The notes under the pieces are model-generated. The model did no database searches. It was not told the origin of the DNA and saw only the letters and a list, made by a program, of their open reading frames with translations. A program made the translations under genes and the position numbers. Below are positions 32,139 through 45,073 of a DNA stretch of 64,000 nt, one piece after another; the first letter of the stretch is position 1; every line of letters begins with the position of its first letter. The DNA is from Sedimentisphaerales bacterium (GTDB lineage Bacteria > Planctomycetota > Phycisphaerae > Sedimentisphaerales > Anaerobacaceae). The stretch spans positions 6,912,001-6,976,000 of the forward strand of contig OY970194.1 in NCBI GenBank assembly GCA_963708075.1, read 5' to 3'.

Positions 32139-33572
32139 ATGAAGGCTCAAATGACACGACGGGAATTTGTCAGGTGGATTGGAGTGGGAGCAACGGGGCT
32201 GGCGCTCGCGGGATGTACGCGCGAGCTTGGAGTCTCCCAGGCGCGCAGGACTGACAAGAGGCCGAACTTCGTGATCATCTTCGCCGACGATCTGGGCTAT
32301 GGCGACCTGGCCTGCTACGGCCATCCGACGATTCGCACGCCGAACCTGGACCGCATGGCCGCCGAGGGGCAGCGGTGGACGGATTTCTACGTTGGGGCAT
32401 CCGTCTGCACGCCGAGCCGGGCCGCACTGCTGACCGGCCGGCTGCCGATCCGCAGCGGCATGTGCAGCGACGCCCGCCGCGTCCTGTTCCCGGACTCTTC
32501 AGGAGGGTTGCCACAGAACGAGATCACGCTCGCCGAGGCGCTCAAGCCGCAAGGTTATACGAGCGCCTGCATCGGCAAGTGGCACCTCGGCCATCTGCCG
32601 CAGTACCTGCCCACCAACAACGGCTTCGATTACTACTTCGGCGTCCCCTACAGCAACGACATGGATCGTGTCGGCGGCCAGGGTCGGGAAGCCTTCAAGA
32701 ATCCAAAGGTTGAGTACTGGAACGTGCCCCTGATGCAGAATACCGAGATCGTCGAGCGGCCGGCCGACCAGAATACCCTCACGAAGCGGTACACCGAGGA
32801 GGCGGTGCAATTCATCGAGCGCAGCAAGGACCGGCCCTTCTTCCTTTACCTCGCACATACCATGGTGCACGTCCCGCTGTTTCGTTCGAAGGATTTCCGG
32901 GGCAAGAGCCCGCGCGGACTATATGGAGATGCCCTTGAGGAGATTGACTGGAGCGTCAGCCAAGTCCTCGATGCCCTGAAGCGTGAAAAGCTCGCGGAGA
33001 ATACCTTTGTAGTCTTCACGTCGGACAACGGCCCGTGGCTGATGTTCAACTTGCTCGGCGGTTCGGCGGGCCTGCTGCGCGAGGGCAAGGGCTGCACCTA
33101 CGAAGGCGGTATGCGCGAGCCCTGCATTACGTGGTGGCCCGGCACGATCCAGCCTGCTGTGATCCGCGAAATGGGCTGCACGATGGACCTGTTCACGACG
33201 ATGATCAAGTTGGCCGGAGGCGAAGTGCCGTCGGACCGCGTCATCGACGGCCTGGACCTCTCGCCCGTCCTGTTCGCGAGGGGCCCAAGCCCGCGCAACA
33301 CCGTATTCTACTATCGTGGCGTCCGGCTTCACGCCGTTCGCAAGGGCTCATTCAAAGCTCACTTCATCACGCAATCCGGCTACGGGACCGACAAGCCTGA
33401 AACGCACGACCCGCCGCTGCTCTACAACCTCGACCATGACCCCTCGGAGCAGTTCGACGTCGCCAAGTACCATCCCAAGATCATCGCGGACATCCAAAAG
33501 GAGGTCGCCGAGCACCAGCGAACCCTCGTCCCCGGCGAAGATCAACTCGCCGGACGAGTCGAAAAAAGCTGA
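32139..33572 (+). CDS. Tat-exported sulfatase 4 (ARSA/GALNS-like)
   Basis: TRREFV, LAGC, CTPSRAALLTGR, GKWHLG, PYSNDM. Confidence 0.93.
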   Translation: MKAQMTRREFVRWIGVGATGLALAGCTRELGVSQARRTDKRPNFVIIFADDLGYGDLACYGHPTIRTPNLDRMAAEGQRWTDFYVGASVCTPSRAALLTGRLPIRSGMCSDARRVLFPDSSGGLPQNEITLAEALKPQGYTSACIGKWHLGHLPQYLPTNNGFDYYFGVPYSNDMDRVGGQGREAFKNPKVEYWNVPLMQNTEIVERPADQNTLTKRYTEEAVQFIERSKDRPFFLYLAHTMVHVPLFRSKDFRGKSPRGLYGDALEEIDWSVSQVLDALKREKLAENTFVVFTSDNGPWLMFNLLGGSAGLLREGKGCTYEGGMREPCITWWPGTIQPAVIREMGCTMDLFTTMIKLAGGEVPSDRVIDGLDLSPVLFARGPSPRNTVFYYRGVRLHAVRKGSFKAHFITQSGYGTDKPETHDPPLLYNLDHDPSEQFDVAKYHPKIIADIQKEVAEHQRTLVPGEDQLAGRVEKS

Positions 33573-33626
33573 TTGGCAAGCATCATCCGCCGGCAATAAG
33601 GGGTATGCGGACAGTTCATGTGCGGC

Positions 33627-33655
33627 TTGCAAAACAGTTTTCTTGCGGCTATGAT
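33627..33655 (+). promoter_or_regulatory. Sigma70-type promoter of smpB, probably leaderless
   Basis: TTGCAA-N17-TATGAT ending 6 nt before ATG 33662. Confidence 0.6.
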
Positions 33656-33661
33656 GAGCAA

Positions 33662-34144
33662 ATGGCGAACAAACCCGCGAAAAAAGAAGAAAACCCTGTA
33701 GCCGTCAATAAGAAGGCATACCACGATTTCGAGCTCGTGGAGAAGTTCGAGGCCGGGATCGAGCTTCGCGGCAGTGAAGTGAAGTCGCTCCGGGCCGCGG
33801 CGGCAGACCTGACCGGCTCGTACGCCAGGATGCAGGATGACGAATGCTGGTTGGTCGGGACGAAGATCGCGGCGTACCAGCAGGCGGGGAATATGGGGCA
33901 TGACCCGGCTCGAAAGAGAAAGCTGCTCCTGCACAAGGCCGAGCTGCACCGGATCTGGAGCAAGCTCGAGCAGCGGGGCTTTACGCTGGTTCCGCTGCGG
34001 ATCTATTTCACGAAGAAGGGTATCGCCAAGGTCGAGTTGGCCCTGGCGCAGGGCAAGAGGCAATTTGACAAGCGCCGGACGATCACCGAGCGCGAGCAGA
34101 AGCGTGATATCGACCGAAGCATGAAGAAGTACAGGGGAAGGTAG
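33662..34144 (+). CDS. smpB: SsrA-binding protein SmpB
   Basis: NKKAYHDF..EAGIEL.GSEVKSLR, R.RKLLLHK, LVPL..YF, GK..FDKR. Confidence 0.97.
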   Translation: MANKPAKKEENPVAVNKKAYHDFELVEKFEAGIELRGSEVKSLRAAAADLTGSYARMQDDECWLVGTKIAAYQQAGNMGHDPARKRKLLLHKAELHRIWSKLEQRGFTLVPLRIYFTKKGIAKVELALAQGKRQFDKRRTITEREQKRDIDRSMKKYRGR

Positions 34145-34153
34145 AGGACGGAT

Positions 34154-34558
34154 ATGGCCGACGAAGAAAAGAAGATCATCATCGATGAGGATTGGAAACG
34201 CGAGGCGCAGCGGGAGAAAGACAAGCTAGCCGCACAGGAGGCGGTGGAGAAGAAGAAGGAGGAGGCGGAAGGACCCAAGAGGGGCCCTCGTGGCCTGCCT
34301 CGCGGAGACTTGGCCGGCCTGGTCAGTATGCTGACGACGCAGGCCCTCTTCGCCTTGGGCTTGATCCAGATCAAGGGTGAGGAGGACCGCGAGCCGGATC
34401 TCGAGCTGGCCCGGTACAATATCGATATGCTCGAGGCCATCGGGCAGAAGACCAAGGGCAACCTGACGCCGGAGGAAGAAGAGTTGCTCAAGAACACGCT
34501 TAGCGATCTGCGCATGGGATACGTGAACATTGCCAATCAGCTTGCCTCGCAGCAATGA
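34154..34558 (+). CDS. DUF1844 family protein
   Basis: L.LARY.IDML....KTKGNL..EE..LL...L.DLRM.YV. Confidence 0.85.
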   Translation: MADEEKKIIIDEDWKREAQREKDKLAAQEAVEKKKEEAEGPKRGPRGLPRGDLAGLVSMLTTQALFALGLIQIKGEEDREPDLELARYNIDMLEAIGQKTKGNLTPEEEELLKNTLSDLRMGYVNIANQLASQQ

Positions 34559-34627
34559 TCGTGTAAGCAGATGGCAACATTGGGAAATGGGGGGCGGGCA
34601 ATGCCTGCCTGTGGATAGGATAGAATC

Positions 34628-35431
34628 TTGGCAAATATTCTGGATAGTATCATTACCGATAAGCGGGAAGAAGTAAAACAGCGGCAATCGCAGATCAGCT
34701 TGGAGCAGCTCAGGGAGCAGGCAGCCGGCAAGCCGAAATGCCGCAACTTCTACAAGGCGGTCACGAAACGCAATCCTCGCGGGATCAACGTCATTGCCGA
34801 GGTCAAGAAGGCCTCGCCTTCCGTGGGGCTGATCCGCGAGGATTTCGACCCGGTGGAAATCGCGAAGACGTACGAACGCAGCGGGGCCGACGCGATCAGC
34901 GTCCTGACCGACGAGAAGTATTTCCAGGGCAAGCTGGAATACCTGGAGCAGGTGAAGGAGGCGGTGTCGCTGCCGGTGCTGCGCAAGGATTTCATCATCG
35001 ACATGTGGCAGGTGTATGAGTCCCGCGCGGCCGGGGCGGATGCGATCCTGCTGATTGCCGAGGCGCTGCGGCCGGGCGATATGATCGACCTGATGATCGC
35101 CGCCGGCGAGCTTGGCTTGACCGTGCTGGTGGAGGTGCACGAGGCCGACACGCTCCTGGCCGTCCGCAGCCTGATCGGGTTCCCGAAGAAGGGCTACAGC
35201 ATCCTGGGCATCAACAATCGCGACCTGACCACGATGAAGGTGGACCTGGGCACGACGATCCGTCTGGCCGGCCTGCTCGACGACGACGGCGAGCTGGTCT
35301 CCGAGAGCGGCATCAGGACGCGAGACGATGTGCGAAGACTGAAAGCGGCCGGCGTCCGGGCCGTCCTCATCGGCCAGACCCTCTGCGAACAGCCCGATAT
35401 AGAGGCGAAATTCAACGAGCTGTTCGGCTGA
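34628..35431 (+). CDS. trpC: Indole-3-glycerol phosphate synthase
   Basis: IAEVKKASPS.G, ISVLTD..YFQG, LRKDFI, GINNRDL, VSESGI. Confidence 0.97.
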   Translation: MANILDSIITDKREEVKQRQSQISLEQLREQAAGKPKCRNFYKAVTKRNPRGINVIAEVKKASPSVGLIREDFDPVEIAKTYERSGADAISVLTDEKYFQGKLEYLEQVKEAVSLPVLRKDFIIDMWQVYESRAAGADAILLIAEALRPGDMIDLMIAAGELGLTVLVEVHEADTLLAVRSLIGFPKKGYSILGINNRDLTTMKVDLGTTIRLAGLLDDDGELVSESGIRTRDDVRRLKAAGVRAVLIGQTLCEQPDIEAKFNELFG

Positions 35432-35444
35432 TGTCGTCGCTCCA

Positions 35445-36281
35445 CTATGGAGCGGACGGCATGGCCGTGACCGCCAAAATCAGAATGCGGACCCCAACGA
35501 GCCCAAGAGCTGCGGCCAGGCTGCGCATGATCCATCGTCCGTGAATGTGCCTGGACATCCGGGCTCCCGCCTGTGCTCCGGCAACGGCTCCCGCTGCGAT
35601 CGCCAACAGACGAGGCGCCTCCTCCCATCCCAGGGAGCCATCGATCACGTGCACCGCGGTGCCCGTCAACGCCACCACGGCGAGGATGAAGTGGCTCGTG
35701 GCAGTCGCAATGTGCACGGGGAAATCCAGCAAGTTCACCATGATCGGAACATGGATGATGCCGCCGCCGATGCCCAGCATGCTGGACGCCAGACCCACGG
35801 CGAAGCTCAGTGTCATGCCCAGGGCAAGATCGTATGTGTAGATGTGCTGTGTGCCATCGGCGTCGACGAGGGTCCGCGTGAACGTAGCTCTCGGCCAGTG
35901 CCTGCGCTTGCCGTCACCGAATGTGTGGAGGAAGATGAAGAGCCCGGCAGCGAGCAGAAGCAGACCGAATACGAAGTTGAACGCCTGGCGTGGAATGTAG
36001 TTGACGATCACGGCGCCGGCAACCGCGCCGGGCACGCCCATCAGCAGGAACAGCCAGCCCGACTTGAAGTCCACTCGCTTCATCCTTGCGTACGAATAGG
36101 ACCCGCTGGCCGCATTGAAGAAGACGACGGCCAGAGAGATCGCCGTCAGCGTGGCAGGCTCTTTGGTGGGGTAGGCCAACAGGAGGATCGGCATGAGGAC
36201 AAAGCCGCCGCCGGCTCCGATGAGTGTGCCGAACGCGCCGACCACCAAGCCCAGCAGAAGAAGTAACACGTATTCCATCAC
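35445..36281 (-). CDS. TauE/SafE (TSUP) family sulfite exporter-like permease
   Basis: GTLIGAGGG.V..P and LGIGGGII.VP repeats; H.ATATSHF. Confidence 0.88.
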   Translation of the reverse strand: MMEYVLLLLLGLVVGAFGTLIGAGGGFVLMPILLLAYPTKEPATLTAISLAVVFFNAASGSYSYARMKRVDFKSGWLFLLMGVPGAVAGAVIVNYIPRQAFNFVFGLLLLAAGLFIFLHTFGDGKRRHWPRATFTRTLVDADGTQHIYTYDLALGMTLSFAVGLASSMLGIGGGIIHVPIMVNLLDFPVHIATATSHFILAVVALTGTAVHVIDGSLGWEEAPRLLAIAAGAVAGAQAGARMSRHIHGRWIMRSLAAALGLVGVRILILAVTAMPSAP

Positions 36282-36417
36282 ACATCACAATCTATGGGAC
36301 AAACCCCGCGTGCAGCAAGGGCAAAGTCCTGCAGGATTTGAACGCGAATGGCCCCTATTCTGAACGATGCGGCCAATTCGTCGGCAATGATGCCTTTGCC
36401 TTCATCGAGACAGAGTC

Positions 36418-38076
36418 TCACAGGCCTTCATAGAACCGCAGGGCTTCCTCGGCCGCCCGCTGGGCTTCGCGGCGGTCGTCCTCGTTGGCGAAAGACGGCT
36501 CGGTCCCGAGCCAGTGCAACACGCCCTTGACGTACTTGCGAAGGTACGCAACGGAGGCCTCCTCCCGGACCTTGCGCCCGTCCTGCAGGAAATAGATCGG
36601 GTCGGTGTGGGCGAAGACGGAGACGTCTCGCGGAAGGATTCGATTCTTGAGGTCCGGATGATCCACTACGCGGGCGGCGAGCCAGCCGCTCTTTGTCAAC
36701 TCGACCGTGGTCTCGACCTCCATCGAATAGAGACCGTCCTTCGCGGGATTGTTCGGGATCGCAAGGGTCTTGTGACCGACCGCGTCGCCGTTGAAGACGA
36801 TCTCCAGGGTTGTGAAGGGCAGGATGGAACGGGCCGTCACACGAGCCTTGATGCGCGTGGCGCCCTGGAACTCGACCACATCTCCGGCCGCGGCGCCGTT
36901 GGCTTCGAACTCCAGGATCGGGCCATTCGTGACGAAGGCTCTGCCTGCCTTGACGGCTGCCAGCCAGGCGTCATAGGTCGCCGGCCCCTGGACCTTCGTA
37001 TATACGCGATTGCTGCCAAGGGGGATCTCTTCACCGAGCTTGTCCGTCCCGGCAGCGATAGGCAGACGGAACCCGGCGTTGAGGAACTGGTAATAAAGGT
37101 CTACGCCGCGCAGGGTGGGGAACTCGGCTTGGGACATGCCGGAGTTCAGCCAGGGACCCCAGTGGTTCGGAAGCTGCGTCGGATCGTTCCATGTGATCAG
37201 TTCGACCCCATCCACGAGGCCCAGGGCGACACCAATAGGAAGTTCCTCGCCGGGCAACGAGGACATGTGCGGCCAGAAGACCGTGCCGTTCTGTTCCCGC
37301 ACGGCCCGCATGGCCCGGATCAGGTCCCACTGCGGCCGGCTCTTCCAGTATTCGAGCGTGCCGCCGGCGCAGGGATAGCCGGGGACCAGCCGGCTCGGGC
37401 CGAGCATATTCAAGTGCCCCATCTGCCAGTCCTGGATCTCCTGGCCCACGTAGATCTCGCAGCCCGGAGTCGAATGGGTGTCGATCCGACCTGTGAAGTA
37501 CTTGTTGATCGCCGGCGGATTGTCCGGATCAGGCAGGTACAGAAGCACCAATGCATTCAGGTCCTCTGCACGCATCTGGGGATACGCTTCTTTCGGAATG
37601 GGCAAATGCGCGTGGATGTCGCCATTGACATAGCCCTTGCTGCGCATATCGATCCATCGTCGCAGACGATAGGTCTTCTGGATTGCCTTACCGGACGCGT
37701 CGCCGGAAATCGCCGCGGACAATGGCAACGTCTCCAGTCCCCGGCGAATCTCGACGGTTACTCCCGATTCTGCAATGGCCAGCGTAAAGGAACCATCCAC
37801 GTAGCACCAGCGTTTGCCCAGGTACTGCACGTGGTCGTGCTTGCCTTCGATCTCTACGAACCTGCCGTCGGGATTCGTGACCGCGACCTTTGCCGCCAGC
37901 GGCGTACCCGTCGCATCGTCAACGATACGTGCCTCCAACCGTCCGCCGGCGCCGGCAGCCGGGGCACGACACCCCAGCATCGTTCCCACCCCAACCAGTA
38001 CCAGCGACACCCAGATGATGCATGATTGCCGGGCGATAGCAGCGCCGGCTCTCCTCTGTTCTCCCCATAGGATCAT
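36418..38076 (-). CDS. CehA/McbA-family (PHP-fold) metallohydrolase, secreted
   Basis: GDIHAH, GH.N.LG, YYQFLNAGFRLPIAAGTD, G.NRVY, G.AFVTNGP, AHTDPIY. Confidence 0.82.
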   Translation of the reverse strand: MILWGEQRRAGAAIARQSCIIWVSLVLVGVGTMLGCRAPAAGAGGRLEARIVDDATGTPLAAKVAVTNPDGRFVEIEGKHDHVQYLGKRWCYVDGSFTLAIAESGVTVEIRRGLETLPLSAAISGDASGKAIQKTYRLRRWIDMRSKGYVNGDIHAHLPIPKEAYPQMRAEDLNALVLLYLPDPDNPPAINKYFTGRIDTHSTPGCEIYVGQEIQDWQMGHLNMLGPSRLVPGYPCAGGTLEYWKSRPQWDLIRAMRAVREQNGTVFWPHMSSLPGEELPIGVALGLVDGVELITWNDPTQLPNHWGPWLNSGMSQAEFPTLRGVDLYYQFLNAGFRLPIAAGTDKLGEEIPLGSNRVYTKVQGPATYDAWLAAVKAGRAFVTNGPILEFEANGAAAGDVVEFQGATRIKARVTARSILPFTTLEIVFNGDAVGHKTLAIPNNPAKDGLYSMEVETTVELTKSGWLAARVVDHPDLKNRILPRDVSVFAHTDPIYFLQDGRKVREEASVAYLRKYVKGVLHWLGTEPSFANEDDRREAQRAAEEALRFYEGL

Positions 38077-38092
38077 CTGAATCCTCTCTTTA

Positions 38093-38165
38093 CGTCACCC
38101 CCGCGCAGGCGGGGGTCCAGAATCATTGGGCGGGTAAATGGATTCCCGCCTTCGCGGGAATGACA
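38093..38165. repeat. CGTC-type REP doublet
   Basis: CGTCACCCCCGCGCAGGCGGGGGTCCA ... TGGATTCCCGCCTTCGCGGGAATGAC. Confidence 0.8.
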
Positions 38166-38241
38166 TAAGGCTCCCCTTGTGCATTCATTCTGCTACAGGC
38201 TCCACGTGGTTGCTTCTGCGACAAGCCATCAGCTCCTGTCG

Positions 38242-40020
<1,779 letters not shown>

Positions 40021-40363
40021 GTCCAATTCGCTCTAGACTTCCATGGTTCTGCTTATATAGCGTGGCAGGTGCACAACCGGTCCACTCGCTGGGGATTCAT
40101 GATCAAACCGAACACCATCCTACACGCACGAGCCACGTATTGTCTACGAAATACTGATCGGATGCGTTCCGGCGGGGCTCAATTCCACAACTCGTCTTCC
40201 AGGGTATCCAGGCCCATGATGGCATCATGCATGTACACGCGTCTTCCGCTGGGGGTGTTGGTGGCGGCACTCCCGGGCCACAGGCCGGGTGACACGGGCA
40301 AAGTCATTTGCGCACCAGGCTTTGGGGGGGACCGGCTCGATCTGGCGCGGTCACCCCAACCGG

Positions 40364-41584
40364 TCATCTGTCGTTTGATGGTGGGCTTGGCGGCTGATTC
40401 TGTTCGCTCGTTGCGAGGAGGTTATGGGTGGTGGTCAGGTTCTTTGTGGAGCGGACGTAGAGGTTCTTCCAGGTGATCGTCACGGCATCCGGGATTCGCC
40501 TCACGGCGACCAGGACCTTCTGGTAGGGGCCAAGCGTGACCGGGACCAGAGGCATGCCGGCGATCTGGGCGGTCAATTCCACCGGCCCGTGATTCTGCAG
40601 GCGCAGAAAAGCCCTGCCGTCGTCCATCTCTGTGAGATGGACATCGACCAGGCTCCCCATCAGCAGCTTGAGCACCCACTCGTGGGCGCAGAGCATGTTG
40701 TTGAAGTACGCCAGGGTCCGGCCTGCATGGAAGGCTTCCATCACCGCCTCAAGCGAGCGGTCGCCGGCGAGGATCAGCGTGGTGGCCTGCGGGACGTCGC
40801 CACGGGCGCCGTGCACGTCGGAATTGGCGAAGATAGTCAGGTTGTGCTCGACGCCCCAGTCGAATCCAAAAGGATACCACCAGGTGCCGAGACTCTCGGC
40901 GGTATTCCAGCCGGAGCCGACCACGTCATTCTTCACCTCGATGCCTGAGATCAGCCCGTGCTTGATGCCCCAGAGCGCCGGCTCTCTCAGACCCACGTGC
41001 GGGTGCGCGTAGAGCACGAAGGCGCCGGCGGCCGCCGTGCGCTGCAATTCATCCTGGTAGAACACGCGTCCCTGTCCCGGGGTCTCGGCCCACTGGTGTG
41101 AGTTGCGAGGTTCGTAGCCGGCGGAGAAATCGAGGGCCACCAGGTGTTCCTGGCCGCTGAGACCTGTCTCCACGCCCCGGAACAGAAGGACGCCGAGGGC
41201 CTTTGCCGTCGGCAGGCCTTCCTCGTAGGCGCGGATGCTCCCGTGGTCGGTAATGGCGATCACGTCGTAGCCGTACTGCCAGGCCTCCATGACCCGGTCG
41301 GCCGGCGACAGCGCGCCATCCGAGTGGATCGTATGCATGTGAAAGTCGCCGCGCAGCACTTCATAGCGCGCCGGCGCACCGCCCGGCACGACAGCAGAGT
41401 CGTAAATTGCGGGGAAAGGGGCTTCCTGGCGGACCACTCGACCGCTCTCCCGGGCGGCCAATGCCGGAAGGGTCATGAGGCCCAAGAACAAGACCAAGGC
41501 GGCAGACCTCGCGCGCGACATGGACAACCTGCCATTGGGCCGGCGACCTTCACCGGCGCTCACGCCAGCGACTTTCACGGGCAT
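40364..41584 (-). CDS. Secreted PHP-domain phosphoesterase-like protein
   Basis: DFHMHT.HSDG, IAITDH, AHPH, NSDVH; AGGAGG RBS. Confidence 0.85.
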   Translation of the reverse strand: MPVKVAGVSAGEGRRPNGRLSMSRARSAALVLFLGLMTLPALAARESGRVVRQEAPFPAIYDSAVVPGGAPARYEVLRGDFHMHTIHSDGALSPADRVMEAWQYGYDVIAITDHGSIRAYEEGLPTAKALGVLLFRGVETGLSGQEHLVALDFSAGYEPRNSHQWAETPGQGRVFYQDELQRTAAAGAFVLYAHPHVGLREPALWGIKHGLISGIEVKNDVVGSGWNTAESLGTWWYPFGFDWGVEHNLTIFANSDVHGARGDVPQATTLILAGDRSLEAVMEAFHAGRTLAYFNNMLCAHEWVLKLLMGSLVDVHLTEMDDGRAFLRLQNHGPVELTAQIAGMPLVPVTLGPYQKVLVAVRRIPDAVTITWKNLYVRSTKNLTTTHNLLATSEQNQPPSPPSNDR

Positions 41585-41685
41585 GACAAGCCTCCTTCGG
41601 AGAAAGTGGCAGCGTCAGGGTCTTCGACCTTGGCGCTGCCACGCATCAGCTCACTCAAACACACTTGCCCATGGACGCTCTGCCA

Positions 41686-44600
41686 TTAGTGGAGAGCAAT
41701 CCACGCGACCTCGTCATCGGTCAGCGCTTTATCGTAGATGCGCACCTCGTCGATGCTCCCATGGAACCAGTAATTATTCGGTCCGATGTCGTATCCGATG
41801 GTGAGGTCCTTGGTAGACGTGATTGGGAGGGTCGGAGGCTTGGCGGTTGCCCAGGTGAGCCCGCCGTCGACGGAGATCTTGTGTACGTTCTGCGCTCTGT
41901 CCAAAACGGCGGCCACAAAGACCCACTCATCCAGCGGTACCAGAACAAACGGTGTGTCCACTCTCAACGCAGAAGTGCTGGGTCCCAACATGAACTTCCA
42001 TCCGGCCTGGGTCGCGGTGCCCTGGTTCCTGTCGGCTCCGACGTACCATCCTTTACTACCGTTCTCTCTCTTAGTTACCGCGAGGTCCCAGTTGGTCGTG
42101 CCGCTGGTTCCCGGTTGCGGGTCGAGATACGCCCAGCACGTTACCGAGAAGTCGCCGGTCTTTGGGTTCAGCCGGTCCTGTGTCGCGACACGGACATAAT
42201 CGTCCACTCCGTCGAACTGCAGGGCCTGGCCTCGCACGCCGGAGACATACGCGGGCTCGCTATTCATCACGCCATGATAGCCGTTTGCGGAGCTGTCATT
42301 GACGTTGCCGTCAAAGGTGTAATAGGCCACGAGGTTTGCACGATCCGGCTCGGTGCCCGTCGAGGCTTCAGGCGGCTTGGGATACAGCCGGATATCGTCG
42401 ATGTACAGGACGCCCGCCGCCTCGGCGCCCTCCACACCGATCGTCAGCTTGGTGACGCTCCTCATGTTGCCGCTTACCGTCGACAGGTCGATGTTCCACG
42501 GCTGCCAGACCATTGTGCCGATGTCGCCGGCGTCACCGTTGTACGGGACCTTGGTACTATTGATCTTGACATACAACTGCCCCTTGTTGTCGAGCGTGCC
42601 CCGGAAATAGAGCGTGAGGGTGCCCGCGCCGTACAATGTCCAGTTCTGGGGCTCAGTGAAGGATCGGTCGGTCTCCGGAACGGGTCAGCGGGGCGGCATT
42701 GCTGTATGTCATCGGCATGGACTGACGGCCGCCGTGGACGATTGTCTGCTCGGCAAACGGTGCGTCGAAACCGCCAACCTGCGCGCCGGTGCCATTGCCC
42801 TCATGTCCGTCCGGGAAGACCTCGTCCTTCGAGTAGCCCCAGCCGTCGATCCAGGTTTGGAAGATCTTGTTGGGAGAGTAATCGGTATAGCTCTCGAAAT
42901 CATCCACGGCAAGGTATTCGCTGGTCGAGAATTTCCAAACGTCGCCTTGCCAGACCTTGATGGCCTCGGCATCGTTGACCTCGTCCACTCTCCAGTAGTA
43001 CGTCTGGCCCAGGGTGAGCGTGCCGGGGACGAAGCTTGCTTCGGTCGCTGTAACGACAGGGGCCGTTCCGTTGGCTACCGCCTGCTCCTCCATGCTCAGG
43101 TAGACGTTATGCTTGGCGGCGTGCCGACCCGGTCGCCAGCTCAACGTGAGCTCCGGATGCACATCATTGATGTCCGATACCGGATAAGGCTGGCGGGCCC
43201 GCGTCGGGACATACAGGAAGTGAACCTCGCTCAGGCCGTACTGCTTGAACACGCCCTTCCAGTTGCTGACCGCCGTGATCCTGACATACCTGGCGGCTGC
43301 ACCGGCGAAATCGATCGTCGTGTTGGAGGCGTAGCCGGCCTGGCCGGGGGCTTGGGCGAAGATGTGGACATCGCCCAGCCGCGTCCACGCACTGCCGTCG
43401 AGCGAATGCTCAACGATGGCCTCCTTGATGCCCAAACCGATGAGAGACTCGGTCTGGGAATTGTGATTCCACACGAGCATCTGATGAAGCGAATACGTCT
43501 TGTCGAATTCATACTGAATCCAGGCCGATGCCCCGGCGGCGACTTCCCCGCTGAGCCACATCTCGGAGGTGTTCATCGAGTGCAAGTCATTGGGATCCAG
43601 ACCGACGCCGCCGATTGTCTTCTCAGGCCCCTCAGCGGCGCTGGTCGAGCTCGATGCGGCGGCCGTGATATTCCCACCCGCAAGCGCATAGCCGACCGGC
43701 TCGACCGTGAAGCGCCAGACGTCGCCCTTGAAGATCGTGGAATCGGGTGCGGCATTGACCTCATCGACGCGCCAGTAATACGTTTGTCCGAGCGCCAGGC
43801 GGCCAAGATCATATTCCGACGCATTCAGGCCCTTGCTGACCAGTACGCTCAGCGGGTTGGCTCGGCTGGCCGCGCCGACGTCCGCGGAACTCGTCCCGAA
43901 GTACAGGTCATGGGTCGAGGCGTAAAGCCCCGGTGCCCAGCTCAGAACGACATCCCGAGACACATCGGTGGCACGATCTTTGGGATACAGATCGTCGGCC
44001 AGCGCTGGGGTCATGCCTTTCTCCATAATCAGCTTGATCTCGCTGTCCGACAAGGCCCGGTTGAACATCGCCACATCGTCGATTTGCCCATTGAACCAGA
44101 AATTGTTCTGCCCAATGTCCCATCCAATGGCGAGATCCGGAGTGGGTGCGATCAGGCCGGGCGGAGGCGTCTGCGTGGCCCAGTTCAGCCCTCCGTCCAC
44201 AGAGATCTTATGGATATTCTGAGCACGATCCAGCACCGCTGCCACAAAGACCCATTCTCCCAGCGGTACCGGCACATAGGGCGTATCCACTCGGTTCCTG
44301 TCCATGTCTCCGAGCATGAACTTGTATCCGGTTTTGCCGGCGCCGCCTCCCTGGGTCCTCTGCGCACGACGTAGTACCCTATCGTGTTCGTGCCGGAATC
44401 CCTTTTGGCCACCGCCAGGTCCCAGGTTGTGTCTCCCATGGTCCCCGGCGTCGGGTCCACGTTCGACCAGAGAAGGATCGTGAAGCTGCCGGTCCCCGGA
44501 TTCAAGGAATCATGATGGGTAATTCGGACATAGTCATCAGTTCCGTCGAAGTACAGGCATCCGCCGCGTGGGCCGTCGTCCCGCCACACTGGGCCGAGGA

Positions 44601-44769
44601 GGAGCACGCCATCCCTGCCATGCCCGCTGGAATCTGCTGCGACGGTGCCTGAGCCTTCGTCGAACCTCCACCAGCCGACAAGATTGGGATCAAGCACATC
44701 CGCCAGGCTGGTCTGAACGAGCCCGGCTACGAGAACCACAGTGATCAGGTGAACCAGCTTTCTCGACAT
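41686..44769 (-). CDS. Secreted multidomain LamG/discoidin/Fn3-like protein, split by frameshifts at ~44368 and ~42676
   Basis: Three consecutive ORFs (44185-44769, 42653-44317, 41686-42636) read as one protein. Signal peptide, two similar LamG domains, YYWRVDE modules, F5/8-like domain. Paralog of 2-3304. Confidence 0.8.
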
Positions 44770-45073
44770 GAGTGTCCTCCTTTAAGAGCATACAGTGAAC
44801 GTGGTCGTGATCCCGTTTGCATGCCTCCAACACCACCTACCGCCTGTCTGTCCCACACTCCACATCTGCCTGGCGTATGGATGAGCAAACGCAGACAAAC
44901 GTACGCACATCGAATTATGCTTCCCCGCCCCCGCACCAGTCAAGTGTTTCTCGGGAATATGGACGTGCCCGATCCCATTCAATCGATGGCTTGTCACGGG
45001 CTGCTCAGGCCGGAAAACGGACCGGCATTGCCTTGAAGAGGCACCCCCCGGTTTCTTTTCCGCCTGGCCACCG

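Noticed and set aside
33573..34627. tmRNA (ssrA) near smpB
   Set aside because: No room and no tRNA-like ends; the space is filled by the DUF1844 gene.
40179..40367. 62-aa ORF overlapping the PHP gene stop
   Set aside because: No recognisable motif or clear RBS; cannot be supported.
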